Below, piece by piece: positions 32,519-45,286 of a DNA stretch of 64,000 bases (positions within the stretch are counted from its first letter, which is position 1; every line of letters begins with the position of its first letter). This DNA is from Methanobacterium sp. BRmetb2 (GTDB lineage: Archaea; Methanobacteriota; Methanobacteria; Methanobacteriales; Methanobacteriaceae). The translations under genes and the position numbers were made by a program. The stretch is taken from contig CP022705.1 of the NCBI GenBank assembly GCA_003491285.1, positions 809,042 to 873,041 on the forward strand. The letters are read 5' to 3'. The notes under the pieces were generated by a model. It was not told the DNA's origin and made no database searches. It worked only from the letters and a program-made list of their open reading frames with translations.

Positions 32519-33991
32519 TTACATGAAAACCCTTGGTATGAATGATATCAATTCACTGGCAGTAAAATTATAGCCTAAATCTTCCAGAGCCATGTCTCCA
32601 GCCCTTCCATTTATATAAGCTGCCAGATAGGCTGCTTCAAAAGTTTCATGTCCCTTGGAGATAAGTCCCGCTACCAAACCTGCTAAACAATCACCAGTAC
32701 CACCAACAGTCATTCCCTGATTCCCGGTTTTATTGAGTCTGATATTATTTCCATTAGCTACAACATCTATAACTCCTTTAAGTAAAACAACAGATTTTAA
32801 ATCATTAGACCTCTCTTTTACCATTTTGATCTTATCTTCAAGTTTATCTGGTATTCTGTAACCGGTCACTGCTTTGAACTCTCCAGAGTGAGGAGTTATA
32901 ACTATATTTCCCCCTTTAATTGTATTTAGAGTTTTCTTGTCCAACATGTGTAAGGCATCTGCATCAATTACCAATGGTTTACCAAGTTTGGATATGATAT
33001 CTTTGACCGTTAATACTGTTTCTGGATCTCTTCCCAAACCACATCCAATTAAAACACAATCAACATTATCAGCTAATTCTAAAATAGGATTTACATCATT
33101 TTCTGTTATGTAATCTCGTGAAAAGCTTCTCACAATAAGGTCCGGAGAATATGATCGGATATCTGATGCTACAACTTCAGGAGAGGCAACATACACTATA
33201 TCCACCCCTGATTTCATAGCCGATAATGCTGCTAGGGCAGGGGCTCCAGAATAATCTTTACTACCTCCAATTACCAGGACCCGACCATTATTACCTTTGT
33301 GCGAATATTTTGAACTGATTTTCAGCCTCAGAAGGTCTCCAACACCAGTGAAAATCTCTGCTTCTTTTGGAATTCCAATATCACTAACCACTAATTTACC
33401 AACATAGTTACTAGAATCGTTAACTCCTTTTTTTGCCCTATGAAATGAAATTGTAACATCTGCTTGGACTGCTTTATCATTAACATCACCAGTCAAAGGA
33501 TCCAAGCCACTGGGAACATCCACTGCAATTTTTAATCCATCAAGCTTATTAATAAGAGTTATAGCAGTAGAAACTGGTTCTTTAAGTTTTCCCTGAATTC
33601 CAGTTCCAAGTAAAGCATCAATTATTACCTGAGCATCTATTCTCTTAAGAAGTGTAGAATCAGTAATTATCTTAATTTTTAGAGGACTAATTACAGGATT
33701 CATATTTTGGAGGATGTTCCAGTTTTGCAGAGATTGTTTAGATTTTATATGATCAGGACGAGTTAAAAGAAATATTTCGACTTCAAAACCATTATTTATT
33801 AAATGTCTGGCTGCAACAAAACCATCCCCACCGTTACCTCCACTTCCAGCATATATTGCTACTTTACACGGTTTTATATTATTCTTTATATATTCTGCAA
33901 CAGATTTGCCTGCATTTTCCATAAGCGAAGATTTAGATACTCCTAACTCTTCAGCATTAGTATCTATTATCATCATATCCTTGGGAGTCAT
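32519..33991 (-). CDS. nnr: Bifunctional NAD(P)H-hydrate repair enzyme (YjeF-N epimerase + ADP-dependent dehydratase)
   Basis: YjeF_N AIYAGSGGNGGDGFVAARHL, then a C-terminal ribokinase-like domain (GCGLG ... GTGDCLAG). Confidence 0.8.
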   Translation of the reverse strand: MTPKDMMIIDTNAEELGVSKSSLMENAGKSVAEYIKNNIKPCKVAIYAGSGGNGGDGFVAARHLINNGFEVEIFLLTRPDHIKSKQSLQNWNILQNMNPVISPLKIKIITDSTLLKRIDAQVIIDALLGTGIQGKLKEPVSTAITLINKLDGLKIAVDVPSGLDPLTGDVNDKAVQADVTISFHRAKKGVNDSSNYVGKLVVSDIGIPKEAEIFTGVGDLLRLKISSKYSHKGNNGRVLVIGGSKDYSGAPALAALSAMKSGVDIVYVASPEVVASDIRSYSPDLIVRSFSRDYITENDVNPILELADNVDCVLIGCGLGRDPETVLTVKDIISKLGKPLVIDADALHMLDKKTLNTIKGGNIVITPHSGEFKAVTGYRIPDKLEDKIKMVKERSNDLKSVVLLKGVIDVVANGNNIRLNKTGNQGMTVGGTGDCLAGLVAGLISKGHETFEAAYLAAYINGRAGDMALEDLGYNFTASELISFIPRVFM

Positions 33992-34084
33992 GGTATCACT
34001 ATTTATAGATTATAAAACAAATTATATTTAATTTTATAGCATTAAAAAAAGATCATTACTTCATTTATTATTAATGGTGATCCT

Positions 34085-36001
34085 TTGCCAAATCCCTACT
34101 TGCCCAATTCTTATAATATTCCAGGAATACCATCACATATGCTCATATATGCACTTTTCGCCCTTTTAGGATTAATAGCATATGGTTTTATTGGTTCAAC
34201 AATTATTATGGGTTTAGACCCTGTTAATGCACTTTATTATACCATAATAACAGTTGCAACTGTAGGTTATGGTGATATTTCTCCAGTTACACCCATACAG
34301 AAAATTTTTGCAATTACACTGGTTTTGGGTGGCGTAGGATTGATAGCTTATGTTTTTACTTTAACAATTACGGTGGTGACCATGGCAGTGGAAGAAATTA
34401 CCTCAGGAGCTAAATTAAGAAGATTAATGTCTGAAACTAAAAATCATTTTGTATTATGTGGATATGGTAGAGTAGGGGCTGCTGTTTTTAAAGAACTGAA
34501 AAAAAGAAATCAAACAGCAATAATAATCGAAAAAAACAAGAATGTAGTGGAAAAAGAATTATGGGAAGATCCTAAGATACTTGCCATGCCCGGGGATGCC
34601 ACAGACGAAACTGTCATGAAAGATGCAGGCATACAAAGAGCTAGGGGAGTTATAATAACAACTGGTGACGATGTAGACAATCTATTTATTACTTTAACTG
34701 CCCGCGAATTAAGTCCCGATATATGGATAGTATCCCGGGCCAGTAAAAGTGAAAATATTCGCAGACTCTACCGTTCAGGTGCAGATCGGGTAATATCACC
34801 TGAAACCAGTGGCGGAGAAGATATTTACTTTGCTGCAATTGAACCTACCATGATGAAGATCACGGTAATGCATGATGTGGATGATATAAGAAAGGAATCT
34901 GAAATTATTATAAAACATGGGTGTACCCTAGAAGATATTGAATATCATTTACCTGAATTTCGCAGACCTTTAGCCCGAAAAATTGGCATATCTAAACTAA
35001 GTGAACTCAATAAATTCTTAGGTAGTTTAGAACATGATCCTACACGTAAAAATTCCCTGGAACGTGTTTATGAATCAGTAAGCGGCATTCATTCCCACTG
35101 GATCTCAGGTCCAGACAAGGAAACCTTACAGAAGGTAGTGGATGAAATCAAAAAGGAAGGGTTGCTTTTAGGTGTTGATCTGGATGAAGAACAAATAAAA
35201 GAAGAAGCCAGAAAGCATGGCCGGCTGGTCGAAGTTGTTATAAAACCAGAAATAAAAATCACTGAAAATCATGATGTGCATGATATAAGAGAAGAAGCAG
35301 AAGTAATTTTAAGGCATGGTTGCGTCTTAGAAGACATAGAATACTACCTTCCAGGTTTTAGAGAATCTCTTCATAGAAAAATAGGTTTATCTGAATTTAA
35401 AGAAATGGAGAGATTCATTGATATATTAGAACACGATAAAAAGAAAATGGAAAATCTTGATCGCTTATATTCACTATCCGGAGGGGGAATTCATTCCCAC
35501 AGAATAAGTGGCCCGGATACAAAAACTTTGGGAGAAGTAGAGAACGAATTGAATGCTAAAGGATTCTTGGTTGGAGTTAACCTTTCCACCGAAGAAATCA
35601 AAGATGCTATAAAAAAATATGGCACCACTGTAGAACTACTATTGAAACATCACGTGGGAGAATTAGATGACAAAAAGATAATTGTTAAACAAGGAGGTCA
35701 TATTCTAGATTCTAAGCATTATTTCCCCGGGGTTAGGCAGGTTGTTACTCGTAAACTTTACATTAGAACTATGGAAGATGTGAAAAATTGTGAAAGGGAA
35801 CTTGACAATCCTGACGCACGTAGATCACTGGAAGCTCTCTATGAGATTTCAAGACATATTCATTCCCATACTGTCTCTGCAACTGATGTAAAAACTATTA
35901 AAAATATAGTATCCGCTTTGAAAAAAGAAGGATTATTGTTAGGGATTGATTTACCTGAAGAGGAAATATGGGACATTGTTGAAAAAGAAAATTCAGAGTA
36001 G
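34085..36001 (+). CDS. Two-TM K+ channel with RCK/TrkA-N domain and three C-terminal tandem about-125-aa repeats of unknown type
   Basis: Selectivity filter [12 protein letters not shown]. The Rossmann motif [14 protein letters not shown] follows. Then come three repeats sharing D..DIR.E.E.I..HGC.LEDIEY.LP.FR..L.RKIG ... IHSH.ISGPD..TL ... G.L.GV.L..EEI. Confidence 0.75.
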   Translation: MPNPYLPNSYNIPGIPSHMLIYALFALLGLIAYGFIGSTIIMGLDPVNALYYTIITVATVGYGDISPVTPIQKIFAITLVLGGVGLIAYVFTLTITVVTMAVEEITSGAKLRRLMSETKNHFVLCGYGRVGAAVFKELKKRNQTAIIIEKNKNVVEKELWEDPKILAMPGDATDETVMKDAGIQRARGVIITTGDDVDNLFITLTARELSPDIWIVSRASKSENIRRLYRSGADRVISPETSGGEDIYFAAIEPTMMKITVMHDVDDIRKESEIIIKHGCTLEDIEYHLPEFRRPLARKIGISKLSELNKFLGSLEHDPTRKNSLERVYESVSGIHSHWISGPDKETLQKVVDEIKKEGLLLGVDLDEEQIKEEARKHGRLVEVVIKPEIKITENHDVHDIREEAEVILRHGCVLEDIEYYLPGFRESLHRKIGLSEFKEMERFIDILEHDKKKMENLDRLYSLSGGGIHSHRISGPDTKTLGEVENELNAKGFLVGVNLSTEEIKDAIKKYGTTVELLLKHHVGELDDKKIIVKQGGHILDSKHYFPGVRQVVTRKLYIRTMEDVKNCERELDNPDARRSLEALYEISRHIHSHTVSATDVKTIKNIVSALKKEGLLLGIDLPEEEIWDIVEKENSE

Positions 36002-36104
36002 TTCTATATTAAGATGATCATTTTATTATCATCCTTAAAACTAAAAATCCCAAAGTACACATTAAAATGTAAAAAAATAAAAAAAATAGTATAAAAACTA
36101 TTTT

Positions 36105-36998
36105 TTAGAATAGATCGTGCAGTTTTAATTGGTAAGCACCCAAATTACCGCCGAAATTTCCGGCACTTATTCTTAAAACACCTGGTACTTTTACTGCAGA
36201 TTCTATACCTGCTTTCATAGCATCTCTTACAGACTTTTCATCTAATCCATCAATTACTATTTCGTAAACACCGTTTACATCAACAGGAATTTGAGTATCT
36301 TCAACTTCGTCTTTTAGAGTTACACACATTTTTTCATTGGTGGAAGCACCTAAAAACTTGTATTTATTTGATCCTACTTTAGAACCGGAAGCAACAACTC
36401 CTCCCGGGAACGGTGTGATTGTTCCAGATATACTAGCTATTGCATCAACAGCAGCTTCCGCAGCTAATAGACCTGCAGCTTGGTTTTCGGCTAATATGAA
36501 AAAGTTACCCCCAGCAACTCCATTTTTAATTCCTAATTCACCTTCAACCAAGAAATCACCAGACATAAGTGGGATGGAATAAACAGTTCTTCCATCTACT
36601 TCAAGTTTTTTCTCATAACCGTCACCGAAATACTTTAATTTTACTCCGGTTTTAAATTTTTCATCTGCATTATCCATATTATCAAAAACAGCAGTTGTTG
36701 CTGCAGTTAATATGCACATTCCCACTCTTTCTAACAGTTCGTGGTCCAGTTTATCCTTGTTCATATTGCAGATCATTATAATGTAACCTGGCCGTCCGTC
36801 AGGGGTTTCCTCTGGAGGAACATAACAATCAATTCCCGCTTCTGCCGGACATCCAATAACTGAAGTTCCATATCCTGTTGCTTCGGTTGCTGCTATTTTA
36901 GCTAGTTTTTTTGTTGCTGCAGTTACAAGCAATCGGGATACCTGTATACCAAACGCTTCTGCAAAAGTATCTTCTATTTCCACTCCGTTTATTTCCAT
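36105..36998 (-). CDS. ftr: Formylmethanofuran--tetrahydromethanopterin N-formyltransferase
   Basis: [27 protein letters not shown] is the classic Ftr N-terminus. About 297 aa. The start is placed at the 4th codon of the track ORF. Confidence 0.85.
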   Translation of the reverse strand: MEINGVEIEDTFAEAFGIQVSRLLVTAATKKLAKIAATEATGYGTSVIGCPAEAGIDCYVPPEETPDGRPGYIIMICNMNKDKLDHELLERVGMCILTAATTAVFDNMDNADEKFKTGVKLKYFGDGYEKKLEVDGRTVYSIPLMSGDFLVEGELGIKNGVAGGNFFILAENQAAGLLAAEAAVDAIASISGTITPFPGGVVASGSKVGSNKYKFLGASTNEKMCVTLKDEVEDTQIPVDVNGVYEIVIDGLDEKSVRDAMKAGIESAVKVPGVLRISAGNFGGNLGAYQLKLHDLF

Positions 36999-37279
36999 GA
37001 TTATCACCTTTTAGTATATGAGGATGGTTTATGAAGAGAAGTTATATATTTTTCCATTTAATTTTTATCCAGACTAAATATTTAAAACACTCATAAATGC
37101 AGTAATATTACAATACCAACTTTGAAAATAGTTTATTAAAAATTATTAGTTGAATTTCATGCGAAAAATACTTCGAAAAAGTAGAAGGATGAAAATAAAA
37201 CTCGATGAATGTATGTAAACTCTAAACCAAATTTGGAATTATTATTAAGGGATATGTCTTATTTTATTATTTGAATATG

Positions 37280-38296
37280 CTATATTTTCTTAGAAATTTT
37301 CTCTATTGCTGCACTTCCAAAGTAAGGAAGTACTGCTATACCAATAATGGAAGTCATCCAAAAAGAAATCAATCTTTCTACAAGTGTAGCAGCTGCACTA
37401 ATTGATGGAGGAACTCCAGCATAAGAATATAAAACTATCATCATCCCATCTACTGCTCCCAAACCACCAGGCAGGAACGGGATTAGGCCTATTAAACTGG
37501 CTATAACAAAAACTTCGGCAATAATTATTAAAGAAATATCCGCATTGAATGCAGAAAAAACAATATAAACTCTAATTATTTCCATGAACCAGATAAAAAA
37601 GGACAGAGGAAGTCCATAAAATAATACACGCTTATCTTTAAGCATTATCCTTATACTATCCTGAAATCCATGAATAGCTTCAAGTGCTTTTTCTTCAATC
37701 TGCCGGGACCTCTTTTTTGAAATCCTTTTAATAACACCCACTAACCACATGGTAAATCTTTTAGCAATATTTTTATCAACTGAAATAAAAATTGCAATTA
37801 CAAATACCACTATAATTATAACCAAAGCCACTATAAGTGCTAAAACAATCCATTGAGCTAATTTAAAAAATAGTACCATTGAAACAATGGTTAAAATAGA
37901 TAAAACTATGAATGGGAAAGTATCCAAACCCCTATCTGCAATTACGGTGGCAAATGAATTTTCAAAAGGTGTTTTTGTATATTTACTGAGAATATATGCC
38001 CTAACTGGCTCTCCCCCACCTCTTGCACTAGGTGTAAGGTTATTTATAGCCAATCCAACCATTAACATTGGAAAGAGGTGCCTTTTTTTAATTGATATTC
38101 CAACTGATTTTGTAGTAATGGACCACCTAAGAGTCCATAAACCATAGGTAATAATCTGAATGATTATGGCCAGTATAATGTACCATATATTGGCCATTTT
38201 GATAGCACCTTCTATTTTACCCGGCCCAATAAACATTATCATGGCAATTAAAATCCCTACGCCCATAACCATTAAAAGTAAAACTTTATGTTTCAT
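37280..38296 (-). CDS. Flippase-like / UPF0104 (lysylphosphatidylglycerol synthase TM-region-like) membrane protein
   Basis: 338 aa with about 8 TM helices and architecture typical of the family. Confidence 0.55.
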   Translation of the reverse strand: MKHKVLLLMVMGVGILIAMIMFIGPGKIEGAIKMANIWYIILAIIIQIITYGLWTLRWSITTKSVGISIKKRHLFPMLMVGLAINNLTPSARGGGEPVRAYILSKYTKTPFENSFATVIADRGLDTFPFIVLSILTIVSMVLFFKLAQWIVLALIVALVIIIVVFVIAIFISVDKNIAKRFTMWLVGVIKRISKKRSRQIEEKALEAIHGFQDSIRIMLKDKRVLFYGLPLSFFIWFMEIIRVYIVFSAFNADISLIIIAEVFVIASLIGLIPFLPGGLGAVDGMMIVLYSYAGVPPSISAAATLVERLISFWMTSIIGIAVLPYFGSAAIEKISKKI

Positions 38297-38432
38297 TTAA
38301 ACCTCTTAAAAATATTTATATTACTCTATTCAACAAAACCATGATATAATCCACTAAATTATTAAAAACACGGAATATACCAGACTCAAAGATGAATTTG
38401 TATAAAATCTTATTGAAAGACTATTTATTTAC

Positions 38433-38915
38433 TTATAATTTAACTACTTCGTGATTTAAAGTTTCAGAGTCAAGTAAAACCAGTGTTTTCTCACCAGTGA
38501 CATATCCACAAGCTTCTCCCGGGTTAATTACAAGAGTTTCGCCTTCCTTGATATTCAATTTGTGTGTATGCCCACGAATAATCACATCATATTTCCCACT
38601 TTTTGTCAATGCATCCACTATTGACTCGTTAGTTCCATGGATAATGCCAAATCTTTTATTTTCAATGTTTATTTCCTTGAAGTCTTCTAAAAAGCACAAA
38701 TTTTGGTACGCTTTTTTTAGTCCGTCTCTTTCTCCATCGTTATTACCAAAAACTGCTAAAAAATTGGTTTTTAACCGGGAAAATTCATTTACTGTGAATG
38801 GTGCTATTAAGTCCCCAGCATGTATCACCAGATCTACATTTTTTTGGTTAAAAAAATCCACTGCCTGATGTATAGCTTTCAGATTATCATGGGTGTCAGC
38901 TATAATTCCTATCAT
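38433..38915 (-). CDS. MJ0936/YfcE-type metallophosphoesterase
   Basis: GIIADTHDN ... DLVIHAGDL ... GNND ... GHTH are the calcineurin-like metal motifs. 160 aa. Confidence 0.8.
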   Translation of the reverse strand: MIGIIADTHDNLKAIHQAVDFFNQKNVDLVIHAGDLIAPFTVNEFSRLKTNFLAVFGNNDGERDGLKKAYQNLCFLEDFKEINIENKRFGIIHGTNESIVDALTKSGKYDVIIRGHTHKLNIKEGETLVINPGEACGYVTGEKTLVLLDSETLNHEVVKL

Positions 38916-39131
38916 AAATATAATTATTCTCTTTTGAGTATAATAAATAGATTATTTAAGTAGATTGATTTTTATTATTCTATGCAAGTAGAAAATTAGA
39001 TCATTTATACATAACCATGGGAATGATTAAGGAAACATTTAAAAGATTAATTTTTTTCAAATTTTTAAAAATATACATAGTAATAGTAAAGTTTATATGT
39101 AAATAATTGAAAATTATTTCTAAGCCAAATT

Positions 39132-39377
39132 TTGGCTTTATTAGGATGTGATGAATTGTTTGAAAGTAGTTACAACAAACAACAGAACTATTCAACTCCT
39201 GTGAATGTGGGAGAAGAATATGATGTTAAAATTGAAGATGAAGGTAGAGATGGTGACGGAATCGCCCGTATAGAAGGCTTTGTGGTATTTGTATCAGGAG
39301 CTAAAGTCGGTGATGAAGTTAAAATAAGAATTAACTCTGCCCGAAGAAAATTCGCTTTTGCTGAAATAGTCGAATAA
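39132..39377 (+). CDS. TRAM-domain small protein
   Basis: [41 protein letters not shown] is a TRAM OB-fold signature. Confidence 0.6.
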   Translation: MALLGCDELFESSYNKQQNYSTPVNVGEEYDVKIEDEGRDGDGIARIEGFVVFVSGAKVGDEVKIRINSARRKFAFAEIVE

Positions 39378-39772
39378 ATAAACATATAAATTAGTATTAG
39401 ATTAAGGTTCTTGAAAATTGATTTAATTAATTTTCATGAATTATTTATTTTTTGTAAACTTAACCAGTTTTAATCTGTTTTATCTATTTTTTCAAATCAA
39501 TACCAAAATATTACTAATTTTGCATTAATAACAGAAAAGATGATTTTTTTAAACCTATCTAAATAAAGTTATTTAGATATATAGGACTTTTTATTGTAAA
39601 TTAAACTATACAAGCAGATATAATACGTTTAAATCTATTTTTAAATTATAATAAATCATTAAAATGTTAACAGATAATTTATAGCCGTATTATATTTTAA
39701 CAATATGTATAACTTAAGTTGTATTTATGACTAAATTTATATGCTGTGCTGATTATCTTTTATACGGTGTAA

Positions 39773-41199
39773 ATGATAGGTCATTTAAATAGAACTGATA
39801 TTCGAGTAATCTCGGAACATTTAGGAATAATTTTTCAAGGCATAGGAGTTGCAGTTTTAATTCCATTAATTGCTGCTCTGATATACAACGATACAAATTT
39901 TATGGCATTTATTATTCCTTCTGCAATTTCTATATTAGTTGGAACATTTTTTAGAAAATTTTTAGCAGGTAAAGGTCAAATAAAACTTAAACATGGTATG
40001 ATTGTGGCTGGTATGGCCTGGCTCTGGGCTGCTTTGATTGGTAGTTTTGTTTTAATGCTTGCTGTTAACATAGATTTTTTAAATGCTTATTTTGAAAGTA
40101 TGTCTGCCTGGACTGGCAGCGGTCTTAGTATATTTAGCAATGTGGAAATACTTCCAAAATCTATCCTGTTTTTAAGAAGCCTTGAACAGTGGATTGGTGG
40201 ATTAGGAGTTGTTATAGTAGTTATAGGGATACTAATTAGGCCCGGAACTGCTGCGGCAAGATTATATAAAGCAGAAGCTCGAGAAGAGCGAATAAGGCCC
40301 AGTATAGTTAATACAGTTAAGACCATATGGTGGATTTATTTATTTTACACAGTTCTAGGAATTATTCTTTACATACTTGCAGGTATGTCTCTTTTTGATG
40401 CAATTAATAACACCCTGACCAATTTATCAACTGGTGGGATGTCCATCAATAACAACAATATTGGAGCATATAACAGCAATTTAATTTATGTTATAACTAT
40501 GATATTAATGATAATCGGAGGTACAAGCTTTTTAGTGCATTACAGAGCCATAAAAGGCAAAATAACCGATGTTCTAAAAGACATTCAATTTCAGGCCATG
40601 ATAATTATATTAACTCTGTTTTCCATTCTTATGATTGTAAATACAAATCTGGGTATTATGAATTCTGTTTTTAATGTTGTATCAGCCCTTACTTGTACTG
40701 GATCCAGCATTCAACCTACAAATATCATGATTGCCTGGCCAGCTTATGCTAAAGTTATAATAATAGGTGCCATGATGATTGGTTGTGCTGCAGGTTCGAC
40801 CACTGGTGCTATAAAACTCATAAGAATAGTTACCATCTTAAAGGGAGTTTATTGGGAATTAATACGAATTTTATCACCTGTAGGAACTGTTATACCTCGT
40901 AAAATATCCGGTAAATCCGTTAGTGATGTGGAAATTAGAGAAGCAGGATCATACGTTTTCTTATATTTAATTTTTATTTTTATTAGCTGGAGCGTCCTAG
41001 TTAGCCAGGGATATGATGGTTTAAATTCCCTTTTGAAGTATTCTCTGCTCAAGGTAATGTGGGACTTTCCATGGGCATAGTTTCTTATAACATGCCCGAT
41101 ATAAGCCAGATAGCTTTAATAGGGAATATGTGGATTGGAAGACTGGAAATAATTCCTGTGCTTGTTTTATTAAAAAGTTTTTTTGATGTATTTCAATGA
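39773..41199 (+). CDS. trkH: TrkH/KtrB-family K+ transporter, 3' end frameshifted
   Basis: Polytopic TrkH-like sequence. The annotated frame stops at 41080. The conserved C-terminus (FEVFSAQGNVGLSMGI...IGRLEIIPVLVLL) continues in another reading frame up to the TGA at 41197-41199. The shift lies in the cccttttg run near 41030. Confidence 0.65.
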
Positions 41200-41353
41200 T
41201 TATAGATACATTTTTAAGAGTAAAGTTGAAAATTAATATGCCGAATAACTAAATCAAGAAAATTGATAAATTTCATTATATTCAGATAATTAATGTTAAT
41301 AAAATTTTTAATCACTATAATTCGTGAAAATAATTATTCTTAAAGGTGTGGAC

Positions 41354-42004
41354 ATGTATGTAGTAATCATGGGTGGAGGAAGAGTTGGACTTAACTTAGC
41401 ATCATTTCTTATTTCAGACGGACACGATGTTACACTTATTGAAAACGATGACAGTTTATGTGGAAATGCAGCAGTTGAACTAGATGCACTGGTTATATGC
41501 GGTAATGGAACTGATACCAAAACTTTGGAAGAAGCAAATATAAAAGATGCTGATGTTTTCGTTGCCGCAACAGGTAACGATGAAGCTAACCTTCTATCGT
41601 GTATACTGGTAAGAGAATACAAAATACCCAAAATAATAGCCCGTGTAAGCAATCCCGACCATGAGGAAGCCTTCAGAAAGGTGGGTATTGACGATGTTAT
41701 AAGTCCAGAACTGACAGCTGCAGGATACTTAGAAAAACTTATAACAAGACCAAAAGTCGCTGATCTTATTGTATTGGGAAAAGGAGATGCCGAAATACTG
41801 GATATTCCTGTTGAGAACAAAAAGGTAATTGGAAAAAGAATTGGAGAAATAAGTCCCTCCGAAGATTACATTATTGTGGCATTGTACAATAACGGTGAAA
41901 TAACCATTCCCCATTCAGACATGACCTTGGAGAAGGGAAATAAAATTTCAGTTCTGGTCAAAACTAAGAGTGTAAAAAAAATTACAAAATTATTCACCCA
42001 ATAA
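41354..42004 (+). CDS. trkA: K+ uptake NAD-binding subunit TrkA (short form, TrkA-N + TrkA-C)
   Basis: [16 protein letters not shown] Rossmann motif. A C-terminal TrkA-C domain follows ([19 protein letters not shown]). Confidence 0.8.
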   Translation: MYVVIMGGGRVGLNLASFLISDGHDVTLIENDDSLCGNAAVELDALVICGNGTDTKTLEEANIKDADVFVAATGNDEANLLSCILVREYKIPKIIARVSNPDHEEAFRKVGIDDVISPELTAAGYLEKLITRPKVADLIVLGKGDAEILDIPVENKKVIGKRIGEISPSEDYIIVALYNNGEITIPHSDMTLEKGNKISVLVKTKSVKKITKLFTQ

Positions 42005-42069
42005 CTCTTATTACTAATTATTAGTGAAACTATAGGCTTAAAAATGATATTCAATTAACCAGGGTAATT

Positions 42070-43014
42070 ATGGATATAATAACTCATTTTATTGTTCCCT
42101 ATATAATACTGTTTTTTGTTGGCAGTAAACATAAGCTAGAAGGGGCTCTAGGGGGAATTTCTCTTGATTTTGATACCTTCATAGTTTTTGTAGGCATATT
42201 ATTTCCCCAGTTATTTGTTTTCAGCCACCGGGGCATAACTCATTCCTTTATTTTTGGTTTTATAACTGCTGTGATATTTTTATATATAATTACACGCCGC
42301 CCTGTGCAGAAATTAATTGGAAAAATAATACGAAGAAATCTCAATCTTAAATTCACAAAGAAAACAGTTTTACTTGCTTACTTTGGAGCCTTAACCCATT
42401 TATTACTTGATTTTCTCACCACTGGAGGTATACCTCTCCTTTTCCCTTTTTCTCTAACCCGATTTAGCGCTGAAATTTACAGCTATATTGATCCTGTTAC
42501 TACCCTGGCTGCATTAATAGTATTGGCCACCATCTACTTCAGAATAGATGTTAGATACAAGAAAGCAGCTATGATCATCTTCATGGTAATGTTAATCTCT
42601 TTTGGAGGAATACGAATATGCGAAAAAAATAATGCCATAAACTCATTAAACCCTGATTTAAATGAAAATTTCACTCAAATATCGGCTTATCCAACTTCAG
42701 ACATGTTTGTGTGGAAAGTAGTGTTGAATGACCCTGAAAAACAAAAATACAAGTTATATGAATACGACGGACTTACCGGGACTAAAAATTTCCAGGGAAA
42801 CTACAAATCATTAACCATTAAAAATGGAAGCTATGAATCTGCTATTTCTGCAACAAAAAAGGCAAACCAATTGATTGAAGTTCAAGAATTTAGATGGAAT
42901 GCTTTTTACACATGTATTAATGCCCAATACGAAAATAGTCAGTGGAAATTAACCTATTATGATTTTATAGGATCTTATTCAAGTCGGAGTAATTTGACTG
43001 TTTATATAGATTAA
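42070..43014 (+). CDS. DUF457-like membrane hydrolase with extra C-terminal soluble domain
   Basis: HRGITHSFIFG ... LTHLLLDFLTTGG are motifs like those in 28475-29158, plus about 130 extra C-terminal residues. Confidence 0.45.
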   Translation: MDIITHFIVPYIILFFVGSKHKLEGALGGISLDFDTFIVFVGILFPQLFVFSHRGITHSFIFGFITAVIFLYIITRRPVQKLIGKIIRRNLNLKFTKKTVLLAYFGALTHLLLDFLTTGGIPLLFPFSLTRFSAEIYSYIDPVTTLAALIVLATIYFRIDVRYKKAAMIIFMVMLISFGGIRICEKNNAINSLNPDLNENFTQISAYPTSDMFVWKVVLNDPEKQKYKLYEYDGLTGTKNFQGNYKSLTIKNGSYESAISATKKANQLIEVQEFRWNAFYTCINAQYENSQWKLTYYDFIGSYSSRSNLTVYID

Positions 43015-43038
43015 AAGATTTAAATTTCTTAATTTAAG

Positions 43039-43656
43039 TTAAATACCTTTAAAAAACTGTGAAACCATTTCAACATGTTTGGATCCATTTTTAACCCATG
43101 GTCCATGGCCCGGTAACAAATATTCAATTTCAAGTTTGTTTAATTTTTCTATAGAGTTTTTCATATCCTCTACACTACCACCAATATCTAAACGTCCGAA
43201 ACCTCCACCAGCAAAAACCGTGTCACCAGAGATTAGAGTTTCTCCATCATACAAACAAATTCCTCCGGAAGTGTGGCCAGGGGTGTGAATTACTTGAAAA
43301 TCATGGATCTTGTCACCTTCTTTAAGACGAAAATCAACGTTTACGGGTTCAAATGATCTTCCAAACATGTAAGAAACTGTAGCTATATCATCACCATTTT
43401 CCAGAGCAGCTGCATCCTCCTGGTGAATTGCTATTTTTTTAGAGATACAATGATCTCCCCCTGCATGATCATAGTGACAATGAGTATTAACAATCATTGA
43501 TATATCATCCAAAGACATATCAGCTTTTTTAAGGGAATTTAATATGTATTCAATATTATCACCAGTTCCCGTATCCACCATTACATCATCAAAGACATAA
43601 ATATTAGAATCAAAACCAGTACCTTCAATTATTAAAATATCATTGATTTTATCCAT
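43039..43656 (-). CDS. MBL-fold metallo-hydrolase
   Basis: HCHYDHAGG is the HxHxDH motif. Downstream His and Asp residues are also present. Confidence 0.8.
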   Translation of the reverse strand: MDKINDILIIEGTGFDSNIYVFDDVMVDTGTGDNIEYILNSLKKADMSLDDISMIVNTHCHYDHAGGDHCISKKIAIHQEDAAALENGDDIATVSYMFGRSFEPVNVDFRLKEGDKIHDFQVIHTPGHTSGGICLYDGETLISGDTVFAGGGFGRLDIGGSVEDMKNSIEKLNKLEIEYLLPGHGPWVKNGSKHVEMVSQFFKGI

Positions 43657-43892
43657 TATAACACCTGTAAAGATTATTTAATAATTATTTAACAGTATCA
43701 TATTGTTCTCATCATAATTTAGTTTTAACTAGATATGGAATTTTGAATTATAATTTGATTTTAATTAGATAGTGTATTTTGATATTGATCCACATTTTAA
43801 TAGTGGCCTATTAACTCAAAAAGTTAGTATATTAATTTATATTACTCATAACAACAAAAAATAATTAAATTAGTCCGAAATAAAATGTATAG

Positions 43893-44035
<143 letters not shown>

Positions 44036-44090
44036 TAATATGCATAAAACATCTGCTTTTTATAATTAAAGCATTGAATGATATTTAAAA

Positions 44091-44162
<72 letters not shown>

Positions 44163-44390
44163 ATAGTAGTTATAGTTAAGTGTTGTTTATATTTAAACTT
44201 TACGGAGGAATATCTGGTTAATTAGTCATTTTTAAAGACTGAACAAAAAACAAAATCATCACTTGAACCAAGCCCATTAATGGAGAATCTTTTTAATAAA
44301 ATTCAAAGATTTAGTTTACATTAAATAATATAAAATATAAGATTTTAGTAGGTGATTATCATAGAACGTGGTTGGGACTATTAACTAAAA

Positions 44391-45170
44391 TCAAGCAGTT
44401 TTTATAGTTACCTGAAATAATTCCTTAAACATGGCGGATAACTCACTATCCATTACCTGTAAACCAGCTTCCGTTATTCCTCCCCGGGTAGCGACCCTTG
44501 AGATTAACTCATCAAAATCTATTTCCAAAAGTAATTTGGAAGTACCATCCAGTGTTGCTTTAATCATGTAATCCACTTCTTTTTGCGAAAATGTTCCCTG
44601 TCTAATTGCTTCATCACTAAATTTCTTGCAAAAAAATGTAATAAAAGCAGGAAAACAACTGGTTAAAACTGTAGCCCGCTCCATATCTTCTTCAAAAACA
44701 GTTTTTATTTGACCTAATGATTTAAAAAGCGTGTCTACAAAAATAATATCCTGATCATCAACTCTTTCACTATGAGATATAAGACTAACACCTTTAGAAA
44801 CTTCACCAGTTACACTGGGAATAACATGACTGATTTTACCCGGAAAGATAGTTTCCAATTCTTTAATAGTTACACCTGCTGAAATGTAGATAATATGTGT
44901 ATCTGGAGATAAATTTGGCTTAATTTCTTCTAATACATTTTTTAACTCCGCAGTATTAACCATGAGAATTATTTTACTGCATTTGTCTGCTAGCAATAAT
45001 TTATTGGAAGTAATTTCTATTTTTGGATGAATTTTCTTTAATTCGTCCAGTTTATCCATGTTCCTTGTTGAGATAATCATTTCACCCGGTTCAATTATGT
45101 TTGAAGACATAAATCCTTTAATAATCATCTTTCCCATACTGCCATAACCAATAAATCCTATTTTATTCAT
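44391..45170 (-). CDS. proC: Pyrroline-5-carboxylate reductase
   Basis: MNKIGFIGYGSMGKMI Rossmann N-terminus. 259 aa with P5CR-like C-terminal dimerisation region. Confidence 0.75.
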   Translation of the reverse strand: MNKIGFIGYGSMGKMIIKGFMSSNIIEPGEMIISTRNMDKLDELKKIHPKIEITSNKLLLADKCSKIILMVNTAELKNVLEEIKPNLSPDTHIIYISAGVTIKELETIFPGKISHVIPSVTGEVSKGVSLISHSERVDDQDIIFVDTLFKSLGQIKTVFEEDMERATVLTSCFPAFITFFCKKFSDEAIRQGTFSQKEVDYMIKATLDGTSKLLLEIDFDELISRVATRGGITEAGLQVMDSELSAMFKELFQVTIKTA

Positions 45171-45286
45171 TAAAACACCTTAAACAAATTATAATATTTT
45201 TCGAAGTTTAGAAACTTTGTGAAAATTCTTTAAATAAACTAACTTAAATTCATTTCTAGATAGTGAACTATTCTTAATTTTAAAAT

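Noticed and set aside
39400-39772. Long AT-rich gap upstream of trkH as a possible ncRNA or riboswitch
   Set aside because: I could not discern any conserved secondary-structure motif. It is most likely just promoter and leader DNA.
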